This document shows positions 9,102 to 19,300 of a stretch of DNA of 64,000 bases, in pieces (within the stretch, counting starts at the first letter, position 1; every line of letters begins with the position of its first letter). A model generated the notes under the pieces. That model did not search any database. It had not been told where the DNA came from and worked only from the letters and a program-made list of their open reading frames with translations. The DNA is taken from the IMG/VR virus record IMGVR_UViG_3300008113_000012, positions 32,001 through 96,000 of that record. One strand, 5' to 3'. A program made the position numbers and the translations under genes. This stretch comes from a virus.

Positions 9102-9341
9102 ATGATTTTAAGAGAATTGTTTTACGCTGATAAAGATTTAAAAAGTGTTTCTAACGACATGCAATATTCTGCAGGTCGTGATAGCAGTGCTATGAAACGT
9201 AAAGATACACGTAAAACGAGATTAACATTACGTCAAATTAATGAGCTCCGTAAGGCTAGCGAAGCTCACATTCTTGAACAAGAAAAAGATTTAGAGTTAG
9301 TGTCTGCAATGTATATGACACCGGCAGCACCTGCTGTATAA
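9102..9341 (+). CDS. Small head-module protein (possible prohead core protein)
   Basis: 79 aa between portal and scaffold; TAAATA at 9091-9096. Confidence 0.6.
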   Translation: MILRELFYADKDLKSVSNDMQYSAGRDSSAMKRKDTRKTRLTLRQINELRKASEAHILEQEKDLELVSAMYMTPAAPAV

Positions 9342-9462
9342 TAAATAACTCGATGACGATTTTTTTACAAAATTGTCAAAAAATCCACCATTATACGGTA
9401 TATATTACAATTAAGTGTAAATATATTTGACAGCCTTGCAATATAACATATAGGAGATAAAC

Positions 9463-10347
9463 ATGACTGATCGAAATAAGTTCGAACAGATGCTCGAGCA
9501 TCTAATTAATGAAGATAGTGACAAAGCCAAAGAGCTTTTCCACCAACTAGTAGTTGAAAAATCTCGTGAAATTTACGAGAACATTTTAGCTGAAGACTTT
9601 ACTGTTGAAGGTGAAGAAGAGGAAGAAATGGACGAAGCAGCTGAAGGCGACGACGAAGAACAAGTCGACGAAGCAGCTGAAGACGACGAAGACATGGACG
9701 AGAGTTTTGGTTTTGCCGAAGGCGGAGATGAAGAAGATTCAGGCGACATTGGCGGCGACGCTAGTGATGACTTTATTGATGACATCGATGCAGAAGGCGG
9801 CGACGAAGGTGACGAAGAAGGCATGGGCGGCGAAGGCGATATTGAAGATCGCGTAGTTGACCTAGAAGATGCTCTTGATGACCTACGTGCTGAATTTGAA
9901 GCATTAATGGGTGACGACATGGGTGGTGACGACATGGGCGGAATGGAGGACATGGGTGATGACGACATGGGCGGAATGGACGGCATGGAAAAAATGCCAG
10001 AAGATGCTTTCATGCGTGAATACGTAGAGAAAGTTGGTAACCCAAAGCATGGTGACAATGGTGCAAACGCCAAGTCAGTCATGGCAAAAGCAAACAATAT
10101 GGGCGGTACAACTGCTAATATCGTAAAAGGTGGAGAAAGCACAACAGGCGGCACAAAAGGCGGTTTGTTAAATCCATCGACTAAAGAAGAAAACTTTGGT
10201 AACGTTAATGTCCCAGGCGGCAACGCAGGTAAGACAGCGTTTAAGAAGAAAGAACCTGGACACGGCGCAGAAAAGAAAGCAACTGGCGACAATGGCGACA
10301 GAAGTGCTGACAGCCCGTTAAATGGCGCTCCTAAAAGAGCAAAGTAA
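9463..10347 (+). CDS. Highly acidic prohead core/scaffold protein
   Basis: AGGAG RBS; Asp/Glu-rich with DDMGG repeats; directly before the protease. Confidence 0.7.
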   Translation: MTDRNKFEQMLEHLINEDSDKAKELFHQLVVEKSREIYENILAEDFTVEGEEEEEMDEAAEGDDEEQVDEAAEDDEDMDESFGFAEGGDEEDSGDIGGDASDDFIDDIDAEGGDEGDEEGMGGEGDIEDRVVDLEDALDDLRAEFEALMGDDMGGDDMGGMEDMGDDDMGGMDGMEKMPEDAFMREYVEKVGNPKHGDNGANAKSVMAKANNMGGTTANIVKGGESTTGGTKGGLLNPSTKEENFGNVNVPGGNAGKTAFKKKEPGHGAEKKATGDNGDRSADSPLNGAPKRAK

Positions 10348-10351
10348 GTAA

Positions 10352-10984
10352 ATGACGATGAACTATCTTCGTGAAAACCTGAGTTTCGACCAAGCAAAAG
10401 TGGTCGTTGAATCCGATGGCGAGAACGGAAAGAACCTTTATATGAAGGGAATTTTCATTCAAGGCGACAAGAGGAATCAGAATCAGCGAGTTTATCCTGG
10501 AAGAGAGATTGCCAGGGCTGTCAAGACCCTGAACGATCAAATTGCAGGTGGCTATTCAGTTTTAGGCGAAGTAGATCATCCAGACGACTTAAGAATCAAC
10601 CTTGACCGTGTAAGCCATATGATCACAGAAATGTGGATGGATGGTGCAGACGGTTATGGAAAATTAAAAATCCTTCCAACACCCATGGGACAACTAGTGA
10701 AAACTATGTTAGAAGCTGGAGTGAAGTTAGGAGTATCAAGCCGCGGATCCGGAAATGTCAGCGATGGCAGTTCCGGTGAAGTATCAGATTTTGAGATTAT
10801 CACAGTAGATGTGGTAGCTCAACCTAGTGCCCCTGGCGCATATCCTACACCAATTTATGAACACCTGATTAATAGTCGTGGTGGTTATAATGCCTTACGC
10901 ATAGCGCAAGAGGTTAAAGATGACCCTAAAGCACAAAAATATCTCAAAGAGAGCTTATTAGGTATAATAAGCAAACTCCAATAA
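10352..10984 (+). CDS. gp21: Prohead core protein protease
   Basis: NQNQRVYP, LGEVDHP, GVSSRGSG, DVVAQPSAPGAYP. Confidence 0.95.
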   Translation: MTMNYLRENLSFDQAKVVVESDGENGKNLYMKGIFIQGDKRNQNQRVYPGREIARAVKTLNDQIAGGYSVLGEVDHPDDLRINLDRVSHMITEMWMDGADGYGKLKILPTPMGQLVKTMLEAGVKLGVSSRGSGNVSDGSSGEVSDFEIITVDVVAQPSAPGAYPTPIYEHLINSRGGYNALRIAQEVKDDPKAQKYLKESLLGIISKLQ

Positions 10985-10997
10985 GAAGGAGAATCAC

Positions 10998-12095
10998 ATG
11001 TTGGACGCACTTAAAAATTTGTTTGAAAACAACGTGGTTTCGGAAGAGATCAAAGCTGACATTGAGGCTGCTTGGGAAACTCGTATCAACGAGAATCGTA
11101 CACAAGTAACTCAACAACTACGTGAAGAATTTGCACAACGCTACGAGCATGACAAACAAGTTATGGTTGAAGCGATTGATCGCATGTTGGGCGACCAACT
11201 ACGCGAAGAAATTCAACAGTTTGTAGAAGATCGTCAACAGTTGGCTGAAATGAAAGCCAAGTATGCTGTTAAAATGCAAAGCAACACAAAACTAATGCAA
11301 GAGTTTGTAACTCGTCAATTAGCTAGTGAAGTTAAAGAATTGCATGAAGATCAAGTACAAATGTCCGCCAAGTTTAAAACACTTGAGCGTTTCGTAGTAG
11401 AAGCTCTGGCTCAAGAAATTGCAGAGTTCCACACAGATAAGCAAGACATTGCAAACGCTAAGGTACGTTTAGTTCGCGAAGGCCGTGAGGCTTTAGCTAG
11501 TATGAAAGAACAATTCATCAAACGTGCTGCTAAACTTGTCGAATCTACAGTTGAAAAGACTCTTACCAAAGAGATCGGTCAATTGAAAGAAGACATTGAA
11601 GTAGCTCGTAGAAACGACTTCGGTCGTAAGTTGTTCGAAGCATACGCTAGCGAATATCAAAACAGTTATCTTAACGAAAAATCAGAAACAGCTAAATTGC
11701 TCAAAGTCATAGACAAGAAAGATTTCGAGGTTGCAGAGGCTAAACACGCTGTAGCACAAGCAACAAAAATCTTAGAAAGCAAAGAAGCAGAAGTAAAATC
11801 TCTAATGGAGAGCAAAGACCGTCAAGAAATTATGAACGAACTAGTAGCACCTTTGGCTAATACCCAGAAAGCTATTATGATCGAATTACTTGAGAGTGTA
11901 CAGACTGCAAAACTACGCGGTAGTTTTGACAAGTACCTTCCAGCAGTTATCGCTGGCGAAGCTCCTCAGAAGAAAAAACAGGCATTATTAGAGGCAAAAG
12001 AAGTAACAGGCAACAAGGAAACCAACAGCGTAAGTAGAAGCGAGCACGAGCACAATATTTTTGATATGCGTCGTCTTGCTGGAATTAAACATTAA
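10998..12095 (+). CDS. gp22: Prohead scaffolding protein
   Basis: Long coiled coil between protease and major capsid gene; AGGAG RBS. Confidence 0.85.
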   Translation: MLDALKNLFENNVVSEEIKADIEAAWETRINENRTQVTQQLREEFAQRYEHDKQVMVEAIDRMLGDQLREEIQQFVEDRQQLAEMKAKYAVKMQSNTKLMQEFVTRQLASEVKELHEDQVQMSAKFKTLERFVVEALAQEIAEFHTDKQDIANAKVRLVREGREALASMKEQFIKRAAKLVESTVEKTLTKEIGQLKEDIEVARRNDFGRKLFEAYASEYQNSYLNEKSETAKLLKVIDKKDFEVAEAKHAVAQATKILESKEAEVKSLMESKDRQEIMNELVAPLANTQKAIMIELLESVQTAKLRGSFDKYLPAVIAGEAPQKKKQALLEAKEVTGNKETNSVSRSEHEHNIFDMRRLAGIKH

Positions 12096-12109
12096 TTAGG
12101 AGAAAATAA

Positions 12110-13279
12110 ATGTCGGAACTACTAACAGGCCGTTGGGCAGAAACAAAAGAAGCACTTCTTGAAGGTCTATCAGGCACCAAGAAATCCGTAATGGCATCAA
12201 CACTAGAGAACACTCGTAAGTATCTAGCTGAAAGTGCTAGCGTGGGTGCCACTTCTGCCGGCAACGTCGCAACATTAAATCGTGTGATCCTTCCAGTGAT
12301 CAGACGTGTCATGCCAACAGTTATCGCTAACGAGTTGGTCGGTGTACAACCAATGACTGGTCCAGTTGGACAAATCCATACTCTACGTGTTCGCTACAGC
12401 GATACAAACGGTAGCGGTACAGGTGATGCTACAGCTGGTGAAGAGGCACTAAGCCCATTCAAGATTGCAGAAAGCTATTCTGGTGCTGCTGGCACTGGTA
12501 AGGCAGCTTCTACAGCCGCTCTAGAAGGTGCAGCTGGTAAGCGTCTAAGCATTCAAATCTTGAAGCAAACTGTAGAAGCTAAGACTCGTAAGTTATCAGC
12601 TCGCTGGACTTTCGAATCTGCACAAGATGCACAAGCCCAACAAGGTATTGACATCGAAGCAGAAATCATGGCTGCTCTTGCACAAGAAATCACAGCAGAA
12701 ATTGATCAAGAAATTATTTCTTCATTAACAACTCTAGCTGGTACACAGAACCAACAGGCTTATAACCAAGCTGCTGTTTCTGGTACTGCTACTTTCGTTG
12801 GTGACGAACATGCTGCTTTAGCAGTTATGATCAACCGTGTTGCTAACACAATCGCCCAACGTACACGTCGTGGCGCTGGTAACTGGGCAGTTGTAAGCCC
12901 AACAGCATTGACAATTCTACAATCTGCTACTACAAGCGCATTTGCTCGTACAACAGAAGGTACATTCGAAGCACCTACAAACACTAAGTTTGTTGGTACA
13001 TTGAACAATGCTATGAAAGTTTATGTTAACACATATGCATCCAACGATACAATTCTTGTTGGTTACAAAGGTGCTAACGAGAGCGATGCAGCAGCATTCT
13101 ATTGCCCATACATTCCATTGATGAGCAGTGGTGTTGTTCTTGACCCATCAACATTCGAGCCAGTCGTATCATTCATGACACGTTATGGTTATGTTGAGTT
13201 GTCAAACACAGCTAGTTCTCTAGGTAACGCAGCTGATTACCTAGGTACAGTTACTATCAGTAACGCTGTATTCAGCTAA
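12110..13279 (+). CDS. gp23: Major capsid protein
   Basis: VGVQPMTGPVGQI, AKTRKLSARWTFE, EITAEIDQEII, FYCPYIPL, FMTRYG. Confidence 0.97.
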   Translation: MSELLTGRWAETKEALLEGLSGTKKSVMASTLENTRKYLAESASVGATSAGNVATLNRVILPVIRRVMPTVIANELVGVQPMTGPVGQIHTLRVRYSDTNGSGTGDATAGEEALSPFKIAESYSGAAGTGKAASTAALEGAAGKRLSIQILKQTVEAKTRKLSARWTFESAQDAQAQQGIDIEAEIMAALAQEITAEIDQEIISSLTTLAGTQNQQAYNQAAVSGTATFVGDEHAALAVMINRVANTIAQRTRRGAGNWAVVSPTALTILQSATTSAFARTTEGTFEAPTNTKFVGTLNNAMKVYVNTYASNDTILVGYKGANESDAAAFYCPYIPLMSSGVVLDPSTFEPVVSFMTRYGYVELSNTASSLGNAADYLGTVTISNAVFS

Positions 13280-13307
13280 TCAACTTACCGCAAGGTACGT
13301 TAATTAT

Positions 13308-13332
13308 AAAGGGCTCTTCGGAGCCCTTTCTT
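13308..13332 (+). terminator. Intrinsic terminator after the major capsid gene
   Basis: AAAGGGCTC-TTCG-GAGCCCTTT followed by CTT; C(UUCG)G loop. Confidence 0.85.
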
Positions 13333-13341
13333 ACGAACGGA

Positions 13342-13434
13342 TAAATATATTGTATGATTCACACAGGGTGAATTTTATGCGGAAATCCAACCGCGTATGG
13401 CCTAGAACGCCATGTTTCTTAAGGAGAAAATAAA
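13342..13434 (+). promoter_or_regulatory. Late promoter plus multi-hairpin 5' leader
   Basis: TAAATA at 13342-13347; stems 13357-13373, 13376-13397, 13397-13413 and an RBS-overlapping stem 13415-13429. Confidence 0.55.
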
Positions 13435-14145
13435 ATGGGACGTCCTTTACATAAAAAATATTTTGGTAATACAATTACCCCGTTCAACAACTATGCACAA
13501 GGTGGCAACACTGGTGTAGGCGGAGAAGGCGTTGCTAGTGTAACAATCGCAGCACCAATCACGGCAGATCTAACAGGAACAATTACTGTTACATTTTCAG
13601 CTCCTCAAATTTCAGGCGGCATTACTGCAACAGGTACTGCACAAGTTAACGGCAGCAATGACCTAACAGGTATTTTGATTACTAATGCTGGTTCTGGTTA
13701 TACTTCAGTTCCAACATTCACAGTTGCCGACGGTAACGAGACTGCAACTTATACTAGTGGTTCAGGCGGCGTTACAGTTGCATTGACTAGCGGTGCAAGT
13801 GCTCGTCAAAACGCAATTAAATTTGAAGCACAAATTGGTTCAGGTACTGAAGTTACTACAGGTGACATTATCAAACAAGTTGGAAATCACAGATTTAGAG
13901 TTAGAACAAGTGATGGTACAGAAACATGTAAACTAGTTGCTAGTGCAAATCTTGGTGTAAACGAAATGAGCATTACTGCTACTGACTCAGCAACTAACAC
14001 TTATTTTGTAACTAAAATAACTGCCCGCCGTGTACAGCTAACTCAGATTGCAGGCGGTTCAAACTATGTATACGCAACCGGTGAAAGTGCTCCTTGGAAG
14101 TTTGATGCAGCCGCTGGTATCTACGTACAGATTGAAAATCAGTAA
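13435..14145 (+). CDS. Virion structural protein (head decoration/appendage candidate)
   Basis: Gly/Thr-rich beta-type sequence with an ITNAGSGYTSVPT module; strong RBS; follows the capsid gene. Confidence 0.65.
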   Translation: MGRPLHKKYFGNTITPFNNYAQGGNTGVGGEGVASVTIAAPITADLTGTITVTFSAPQISGGITATGTAQVNGSNDLTGILITNAGSGYTSVPTFTVADGNETATYTSGSGGVTVALTSGASARQNAIKFEAQIGSGTEVTTGDIIKQVGNHRFRVRTSDGTETCKLVASANLGVNEMSITATDSATNTYFVTKITARRVQLTQIAGGSNYVYATGESAPWKFDAAAGIYVQIENQ

Positions 14146-14150
14146 TTAAC

Positions 14151-14173
14151 ATAGGGACTACGGTCTCTATTTA
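14151..14173 (+). terminator. UNCG-capped hairpin (terminator or mRNA stabiliser)
   Basis: ATAGGGAC-TACG-GTCTCTAT followed by a short T run. Confidence 0.55.
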
Positions 14174-14182
14174 GGAAAATAA

Positions 14183-15232
14183 ATGAAAGTAGTTAATGTA
14201 TCCAATGGCGATTATAAACTGATTGTGCAAAGCGGTGGCGAGATCACTTTTAACACTGGCAGTCAAACGGGTTTAGTTCGCATCACTGGTGACTTGCTAG
14301 TTGAAGGTAATACTACGACTGTACAGTCAGAAACAATGACTGTTAGAGACAACATTATTGTTGTCAACGCAGGCGAAACTGGTAACGGTGTTTCATTAAC
14401 TACTTCTGGTATTACTGTTGACAGAGGAAATTTTTCTGATGCATCATTATTGTTCGACGAAAGTGTGTCGCACCGCAATGCAGCAGGTAGTGCAACAAAT
14501 GGTACATTTACATTTGTAAATGATTTAAACGCACTAGTTGGAATTCAGACCTGTAGTATTAATACCAGAGGTGACAACTTATATTTGATTAATGCGCCAG
14601 GATCAGGTTATGTGACTGTTACTGGTACAACAAATTACGAAACTAATATGTTAAGTTATGCTGCATATTGGCCTACATACCCAACAGGTTCTCCAACTTA
14701 CAGTGGTCCTATTACTATCGTAGAGGATGATACTATTCCAAACATGAAGGCAGTGGCAGATTACTTAACTTCTGGATTATACTTCTTTGACGACTGGAGA
14801 ATTATTGAAGCTAACACTAGTGTGTCAGTTTATGATAGTGCTGGTGGAAATACATACAGACCAACAGGTTACACACCACCTGTTACTAGTAACATTAGTT
14901 TTACTGTTGACGGAAATGAAAGAGGAAAATTTACTCCTTTAGGATTAGATGTTGATAATATTAACGTTTATACAAATACTATCAATAACGCAACTGCTAA
15001 TTTAGTACTAACATCAACTGCAACTGATAATATTGTTCAAGTTGATGCAGTCTTACAATTAGACGACACTGGGTTAAGTCCAACTGCTGTTACAGGATCA
15101 ACAAAGATTTATACAGTGAATTCAAATACAACTCCTGCTCCGGGAAAAACCGGTATATATTTTACCAACCAAGGTAACTCAGACGAACTAGTTGCTAAGA
15201 ATAGAGCACTATTGTTTAGCGTACTATTTTAA
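14183..15232 (+). CDS. Fibre-like structural protein
   Basis: ITGDLLVEGNTTTVQSETMTVRDNIIVVN fibre motif; hydrophobic C-terminus LLFSVLF. Confidence 0.7.
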   Translation: MKVVNVSNGDYKLIVQSGGEITFNTGSQTGLVRITGDLLVEGNTTTVQSETMTVRDNIIVVNAGETGNGVSLTTSGITVDRGNFSDASLLFDESVSHRNAAGSATNGTFTFVNDLNALVGIQTCSINTRGDNLYLINAPGSGYVTVTGTTNYETNMLSYAAYWPTYPTGSPTYSGPITIVEDDTIPNMKAVADYLTSGLYFFDDWRIIEANTSVSVYDSAGGNTYRPTGYTPPVTSNISFTVDGNERGKFTPLGLDVDNINVYTNTINNATANLVLTSTATDNIVQVDAVLQLDDTGLSPTAVTGSTKIYTVNSNTTPAPGKTGIYFTNQGNSDELVAKNRALLFSVLF

Positions 15233-15241
15233 GGAAAGAAC

Positions 15242-15574
15242 ATGGCAATTAAGAATACAGCAATTCCAGCAACAACAGATACATCAATTTATACTAGTAG
15301 TGGTGTTAACGCTATTACAACTATTATTGTATGCAACACTAATACAACTCCTAGTACTGGAGATAGAACACTAACTTTATATGCAGTAGAAAACAATGCA
15401 GGTGCTGTAGGTACTCCTGCTACTGGAAATATGATTGTACAAACACTAACAATTCCTGCCGGAGATACAATTAGTTTTGATCAAGAAAAAATGGTGTTAA
15501 TTAATAACGATGCTATTTTTGCCTATACTAGCGGAACCGGATTAACAGCAACAGTAAGCACATTACCGGTATAA
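15242..15574 (+). CDS. Small (~110 aa) beta-sandwich-like structural/adaptor protein, paralog 1
   Basis: Similar to 25542-25871 and 44965-45291 (IIVCN...IPAGDT...EKMVL). Confidence 0.7.
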   Translation: MAIKNTAIPATTDTSIYTSSGVNAITTIIVCNTNTTPSTGDRTLTLYAVENNAGAVGTPATGNMIVQTLTIPAGDTISFDQEKMVLINNDAIFAYTSGTGLTATVSTLPV

Positions 15575-15579
15575 TACAC

Positions 15580-16311
15580 ATGAGATTTCTAAAAACACTA
15601 ACGCTTAATCGTAGAGCAATTTATGATGACAGACTTGCAATTGATACTGCAAGTGGTGTTATAATGAATACTCCTAATAATCTTTTAATTCCTAAAGGAT
15701 CTACTGCTGACAGACCAGTTAGTCCTGTTAACGGGATGATTCGTTACAATACTACATTAAACGAGATACCCGGATCACCAGGAACGTATTACGGCGATTT
15801 TGAAGTATACCAAGGAAGTTCTTGGAGAGTCGTTAGATTTAAAGAATCTAACGGAGTTACTCTTCAGGACGCTGGCACCGGAAATGATGTATGGACAACG
15901 TTTGGTCCTCTAACTCCTGATCCTTTTGATAATAATTATCAAGCTGAAGTTACATGGAACGCAGCTCAGATTGCAAAAAATATAACAGTTATTGTAGAAA
16001 ACGTTTATCAAATAGGTACAGTAAACTTTGAAATTGTACAAAACCCAACCACTACTGGCACAGGTGCTGAGATTACAACAGGTGCATTTGTAGAAGGAAC
16101 TCAGTATATAATTACCAACGTAGGCGATACTGATTTTACAACATTAGGTGCAAGTGCCAATACTGTTGGAGTTGTGTTTACTATTCCTGTAGCAGGAGGC
16201 ACTGGCAACGGCACTACAGGTAAAGTAAGAAAAACAGGAACTTATCTAGAGTTTTACACTTTTGTTCCTGACACAAAGAAAGTATACGTTCTCCAAAAGT
16301 TTGATCAGTAA
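15580..16311 (+). CDS. Fibre-associated structural protein
   Basis: IPKGSTADRP...GMIRYNTT...FEVYQGSSW module, also present in the large fibres. Confidence 0.7.
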   Translation: MRFLKTLTLNRRAIYDDRLAIDTASGVIMNTPNNLLIPKGSTADRPVSPVNGMIRYNTTLNEIPGSPGTYYGDFEVYQGSSWRVVRFKESNGVTLQDAGTGNDVWTTFGPLTPDPFDNNYQAEVTWNAAQIAKNITVIVENVYQIGTVNFEIVQNPTTTGTGAEITTGAFVEGTQYIITNVGDTDFTTLGASANTVGVVFTIPVAGGTGNGTTGKVRKTGTYLEFYTFVPDTKKVYVLQKFDQ

Positions 16312-16342
16312 AACCTCGCTAAATAGTGTAATGGAGCACTAA

Positions 16343-19300
16343 ATGGCAAATGCATTAGGTAGAATTTCTGGTCAACTTTTAAAAGATAATCTAACCCGCA
16401 GCGGCAATGATTTAAAGTTTGACGAGTTTGGATCAACTGATCCGTTACTAAACCTTAATGTTACTGGACGTTATATTAGTGTCAACTCAGACACTACATT
16501 TAGACCGCTGTTTGTTAACGGCAAAACATTTACATCTAATTTAATATCTTTAGACGGACTGCAAGGCTCTTCAAATTTAAAATTAAGTGTCAACGGAAAT
16601 ACAATTGTATCAATACAAGATTTAAATCTTTTTGCAGCTACGCAAGTAAATGCAAACATTATTGATACTGATAACATTCGTATCGACGGCAATGTTATAT
16701 CAACTAAGACTCTTAATACAGTATTAGATATCACCCCAGCTGGCTCATTAGACATTTACAACAAGCTAAATGTTACAGGTAATCTATGGGCAAAAGAAAC
16801 AGCTCCAGGTAACGGTACAGGTAGAATTACTCTAGATGGTAATATTACTTTTGGAAGTGATGGCGCAGATACTATAAGTTTTGCCGCTGATATTAATACA
16901 GATATTAATCCAAATGTAGACGAATTATATAGTATAGGATCTACATCTCAAAAATGGGAAGGACTATATACAGCATTAATCAACGGCCAGCAAGTTTCAT
17001 CTACTAGCATTGCATCTGGCGGAATTGATTTAGCATCTAGACAAGGTAAAATTTGGTACGTAGCTTCCAATGGATTAGACACTAATGTTGGCGATCATCA
17101 GAACGGTGCATTTGCCACCATCAGAGAAGCACTATTAAACGCAACTGCTGGCGATACCGTTTATATCTATCCAGGCACTTATACTGAGATAACCCCGTTA
17201 ACTATTCCTGTAGGAGTTACAGTTAAAGGTACAGGCATTAGATCAGTCACAGTAGTTCCAGATGCAACAACTGACACTGAAACAGTATTTTTAATAAACG
17301 GTGAGTCAACTATTAGCGACTTAACTGTTAAAGATTTTTATGCACCAGGTTATGCATTTGCATTTGCTCCGGGATTTACAGTAACAAGTCGCAGCCCGTA
17401 TGTACAAAACATAACTGTAATTACCAAAGGTAGTGTAATATCACCAAGTGATCCAAGAGGTTTTGATGAAGGAGATGCTGGTGGCGGTGCCCGTGTTGAT
17501 GGTAGTCTAGCAACAGCATCTAGCAAAGAAGCTAGTATGTTATTCCACAGCGTGACATTTATTACACCAGGTGTAGATGCGCTGGTAATGACTAACGGTG
17601 TACGTGTTGAATGGCTTAACTCTTTTAGTTACTTTGCTAACAGAGGAATATATGCTACACAAGGCACACTTGGACTTGCAAGTTTAGGTGTTAGATTTGG
17701 TGCTGAAATTCGAAGCATTGGATCTGCTAACGTATATGGTAACTACGGAGCCGAAGCTAACGGCGCAAGTACATTAATGTATTTGATACAGCACAACTTT
17801 GCCTATATTGGTGCAGGCAAAGATGTTACTAATGATCCAAGTTTAAATATTGCTGCTAATGAAACAGTTGAACTTGCAGCAGGTAAAATCTATTATCAAA
17901 GTTTAGACAACAAGGGTAATTTTAAAGTTGGAGATGCTTTTGGAGTTAGTTTTGATACTGGGCGTGTTACTATTAGCGGAGTGTCTGTCTCAGCTGGCGG
18001 AGTAACATCAATTAATTTTGCCGCAGGAACTGACGAAACTGTTATCGACGCTACACAAGTAACTGTTAACAATGTTACATTTAGCGATAATCTTATATCA
18101 ACACTATCAGGTCCTGTTAATTTAGATAGCGGTACTGGTGAAATTAAATTAAATGCCAATACAGATGTAACAGACAATTTAATTATTGATGGTAATTTTA
18201 ATATAGATGGACAATTAACAATCGGTAATGCGTACATTGATATCGTTAGATTTGAAGCACCTGTTGAATTTGATCTACGCCCAGTAACAGATGATGACTA
18301 CACACTCGGCGGTCCTACAAACAAAAGTTGGGATTTTGTTTATCTTGATACATCGTATATTGGCAGCTACAAGTTAGAAAATGCAACTATTTCTACACTG
18401 CCTACTAATGCAGATGTTGAACTAAGAGCAGATACTACTGGTAAGATTTATGTTCCTACTAATAATGTAGAGTTCGATAATGACTTAACAGTTGATACTA
18501 CTACTGCTTTAAAACTTACAATAGTTACAGGCGAGATAACGCAATACGGCGACTACTACCAAACTGGAAATACTCTACAAACCGGCAATCGTGAAATAAC
18601 TAACACTCTAGATGTAACAAATAACATTTATTTTGACAATATAAACATTGTTGATAATAGAATTTTTACAACTAATTTAAATGATAGTCTAGAGCTAAGA
18701 GCGGCTGGCACAACTGGCAAAGTTATCTTCAATGAAATAACAGAGTTTAGCCAAAATGCACTATTTGGAACATTAGAATCTAATGGTTTAGGCAACTCTG
18801 GTACTATTACTTCTGATATATTCTCAGACAGTGATATAGAAATTAACGACAACTATATTACCACTACAGTTGGTAATAACGATCTTAGACTAGTTCCTAA
18901 CGGCATTGGAAAATTATTGTTGCCTTTAGATCCTTTAGCAATTGATCAAGCATTAACAGTAGAAGATACATCTACGCTAAAGAGCGTTAACATGAACGGG
19001 AATTTAGTGCATGTTGGCACTACTAGTCAAACAGGAAATGTAACACAGACTGGTAATTTTGATTTATCTAATGACCTAACAGTAACAGGTACTAATGCGT
19101 TCTTTACTGATGTTCGTATAATTAACAATAGTATTGCTACTTCAACAGGTAATAATAATTTAGAGTTACGTGCTAACGGAACTGGTATTATTAACATTAC
19201 AGATTTTGCTGCATTTGGTCAAACATTAACAGTTAACGGTATAACTTCTACTACTACTCTTAGTACAGTAACTGGTACTATTACTTCAGATATTTTTACC

